From Octopus sinensis (lineage: Eukaryota): 7,893 nucleotides of DNA. Positions 7,112 through 7,893 of the stretch are shown one piece after another. The position numbers and the translations under genes are program-made. Position 1 is the stretch's first letter. The number at the start of each line of letters is the position of its first letter. A model generated the notes under the pieces. That model was not told the origin of the DNA. It saw nothing but the letters and a program-made list of their open reading frames with translations, and searched no databases. The stretch spans positions 1-7,893 of the forward strand of contig NW_021828767.1 in NCBI RefSeq assembly GCF_006345805.1. Reading direction: 5' to 3'.

Positions 7112-7522
7112 CTTTGTCTATCCTTCTGTTTCTAACAGACAGTGAAATCGATATAATCCAGGAAAAGAAAAAATGATTTAAACGGTTGTTGTCTGAGAAA
7201 AGACTAGCTGCATCTAGTTTACCAAAAGCCGGAACAACAGTCAAAGAATTCTAAAAGCATACGAAAGAACTAGTAGAATTACTCGCTGAAAAATATTTTT
7301 CTATGTATTTTGGAAACAAACCAGAAAGGAAGAATGGCTGTTGGAGCCAAATAGAAAGCTCTCGAGGGTGAATTCTTGGTATACTGTACGATGGTACTAA
7401 TTCCTAGATGTAAGAGAATAACATCCGTGTGTTTATCGAAGGAAGTATTCTGCTAAATGCGCCGTTCTCTGTTTCGTCGTTCTAAATATAAGGACGAACT
7501 GAGAGAATTCCTTTTCTAAAAT

Positions 7523-7524
<2 letters not shown>

Positions 7525-7560
<36 letters not shown>
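7525..7560. repeat. (GT)n microsatellite
   Basis: Read directly from the sequence. Confidence 0.96.
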
Positions 7561-7563
<3 letters not shown>

Positions 7564-7572
7564 CGCGCAGTC

Positions 7573-7654
7573 ACTCGGTCAGCCTATCTGAAGAATCACC
7601 AATATTACCAAGTGCAATAGACGCTGCGAAACCGACGGTAACATTCTGACCAGT
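7573..7654 (+). ncRNA. Degenerate type I hammerhead-like motif
   Basis: ACT-c-GGTCAG/CTGACC-AGT distal stem I; core CTGAAGA (7588-7594); GAAA (7628-7631); near-palindromic stem III ACCG-a-CGGT; GTA triplet. Stem II and proximal stem I pair poorly. Confidence 0.3.
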
Positions 7655-7689
7655 CGTACGCCATAACCAATAAATTACTGCTCAACAAT

Positions 7690-7693
<4 letters not shown>

Positions 7694-7757
<64 letters not shown>
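7694..7757. repeat. (CA)n followed by (TA)n microsatellite
   Basis: Read directly from the sequence. Confidence 0.96.
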
Positions 7758-7771
7758 CCTTCCTTCTTTAT

Positions 7772-7806
7772 GTTTCCGACGAAGAGCTCCGCTCGAAACG
7801 TCATAC
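7772..7806 (+). ncRNA. Compact hammerhead-like motif (probable Penelope-like terminal remnant)
   Basis: GTTT-CCGACGA-A-GAGC-tcc-GCTC-GAAA-CG-TC-ATAC: core with a U4C change plus an extra A, stem II GAGC/GCTC, ACGT palindromic stem III, GTC triplet, weak stem I (3 of 4 pairs). Confidence 0.5.
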
Positions 7807-7893
7807 CTCCCTGCTTCCATCTCCTGAGCGCCTATTAATAATAATACTGTAATTGTTCCTGTTGTTGTTGTTTTTTTGTTTCCCTTTGGATTA

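Noticed and set aside
7465-7507. Interrupted hairpin TTCTCT..TTCGTC / GACGAA..AGAGAA
   Set aside because: Two 6-bp helices with a large loop and no recognisable RNA motif; compatible with chance.

Overview
Repeat-dominated eukaryotic DNA with no intact protein-coding gene. The SINE types and the (TA)n/(GATA)n density resemble a coleoid cephalopod (octopus-like) genome; this is inference from recalled repeat families, not a search result. Contents in order: (1) a frameshifted CR1-group LINE ORF2 (APE endonuclease + RT) on the minus strand at 1-1998; (2) a ~260-bp highly structured module between (TA)n tracts that starts with a canonical type I hammerhead ribozyme (2113-2157) with a palindromic stem III; (3) a ~1.2-kb zero-spacer fold-back palindrome (2423-3647) whose arms each carry a non-canonical hammerhead-like motif; (4) long microsatellites; (5) a hAT-type MITE with an 8-bp TSD, a mariner-derived MITE, three tRNA-derived SINEs (one a very short TSD-bounded form) and a SINE fragment; (6) three more degenerate hammerhead-like motifs near the right end. 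The most notable signals are the hammerhead motifs of several architectures, probably remnants of Penelope-like elements or retrozymes, and the giant palindrome.
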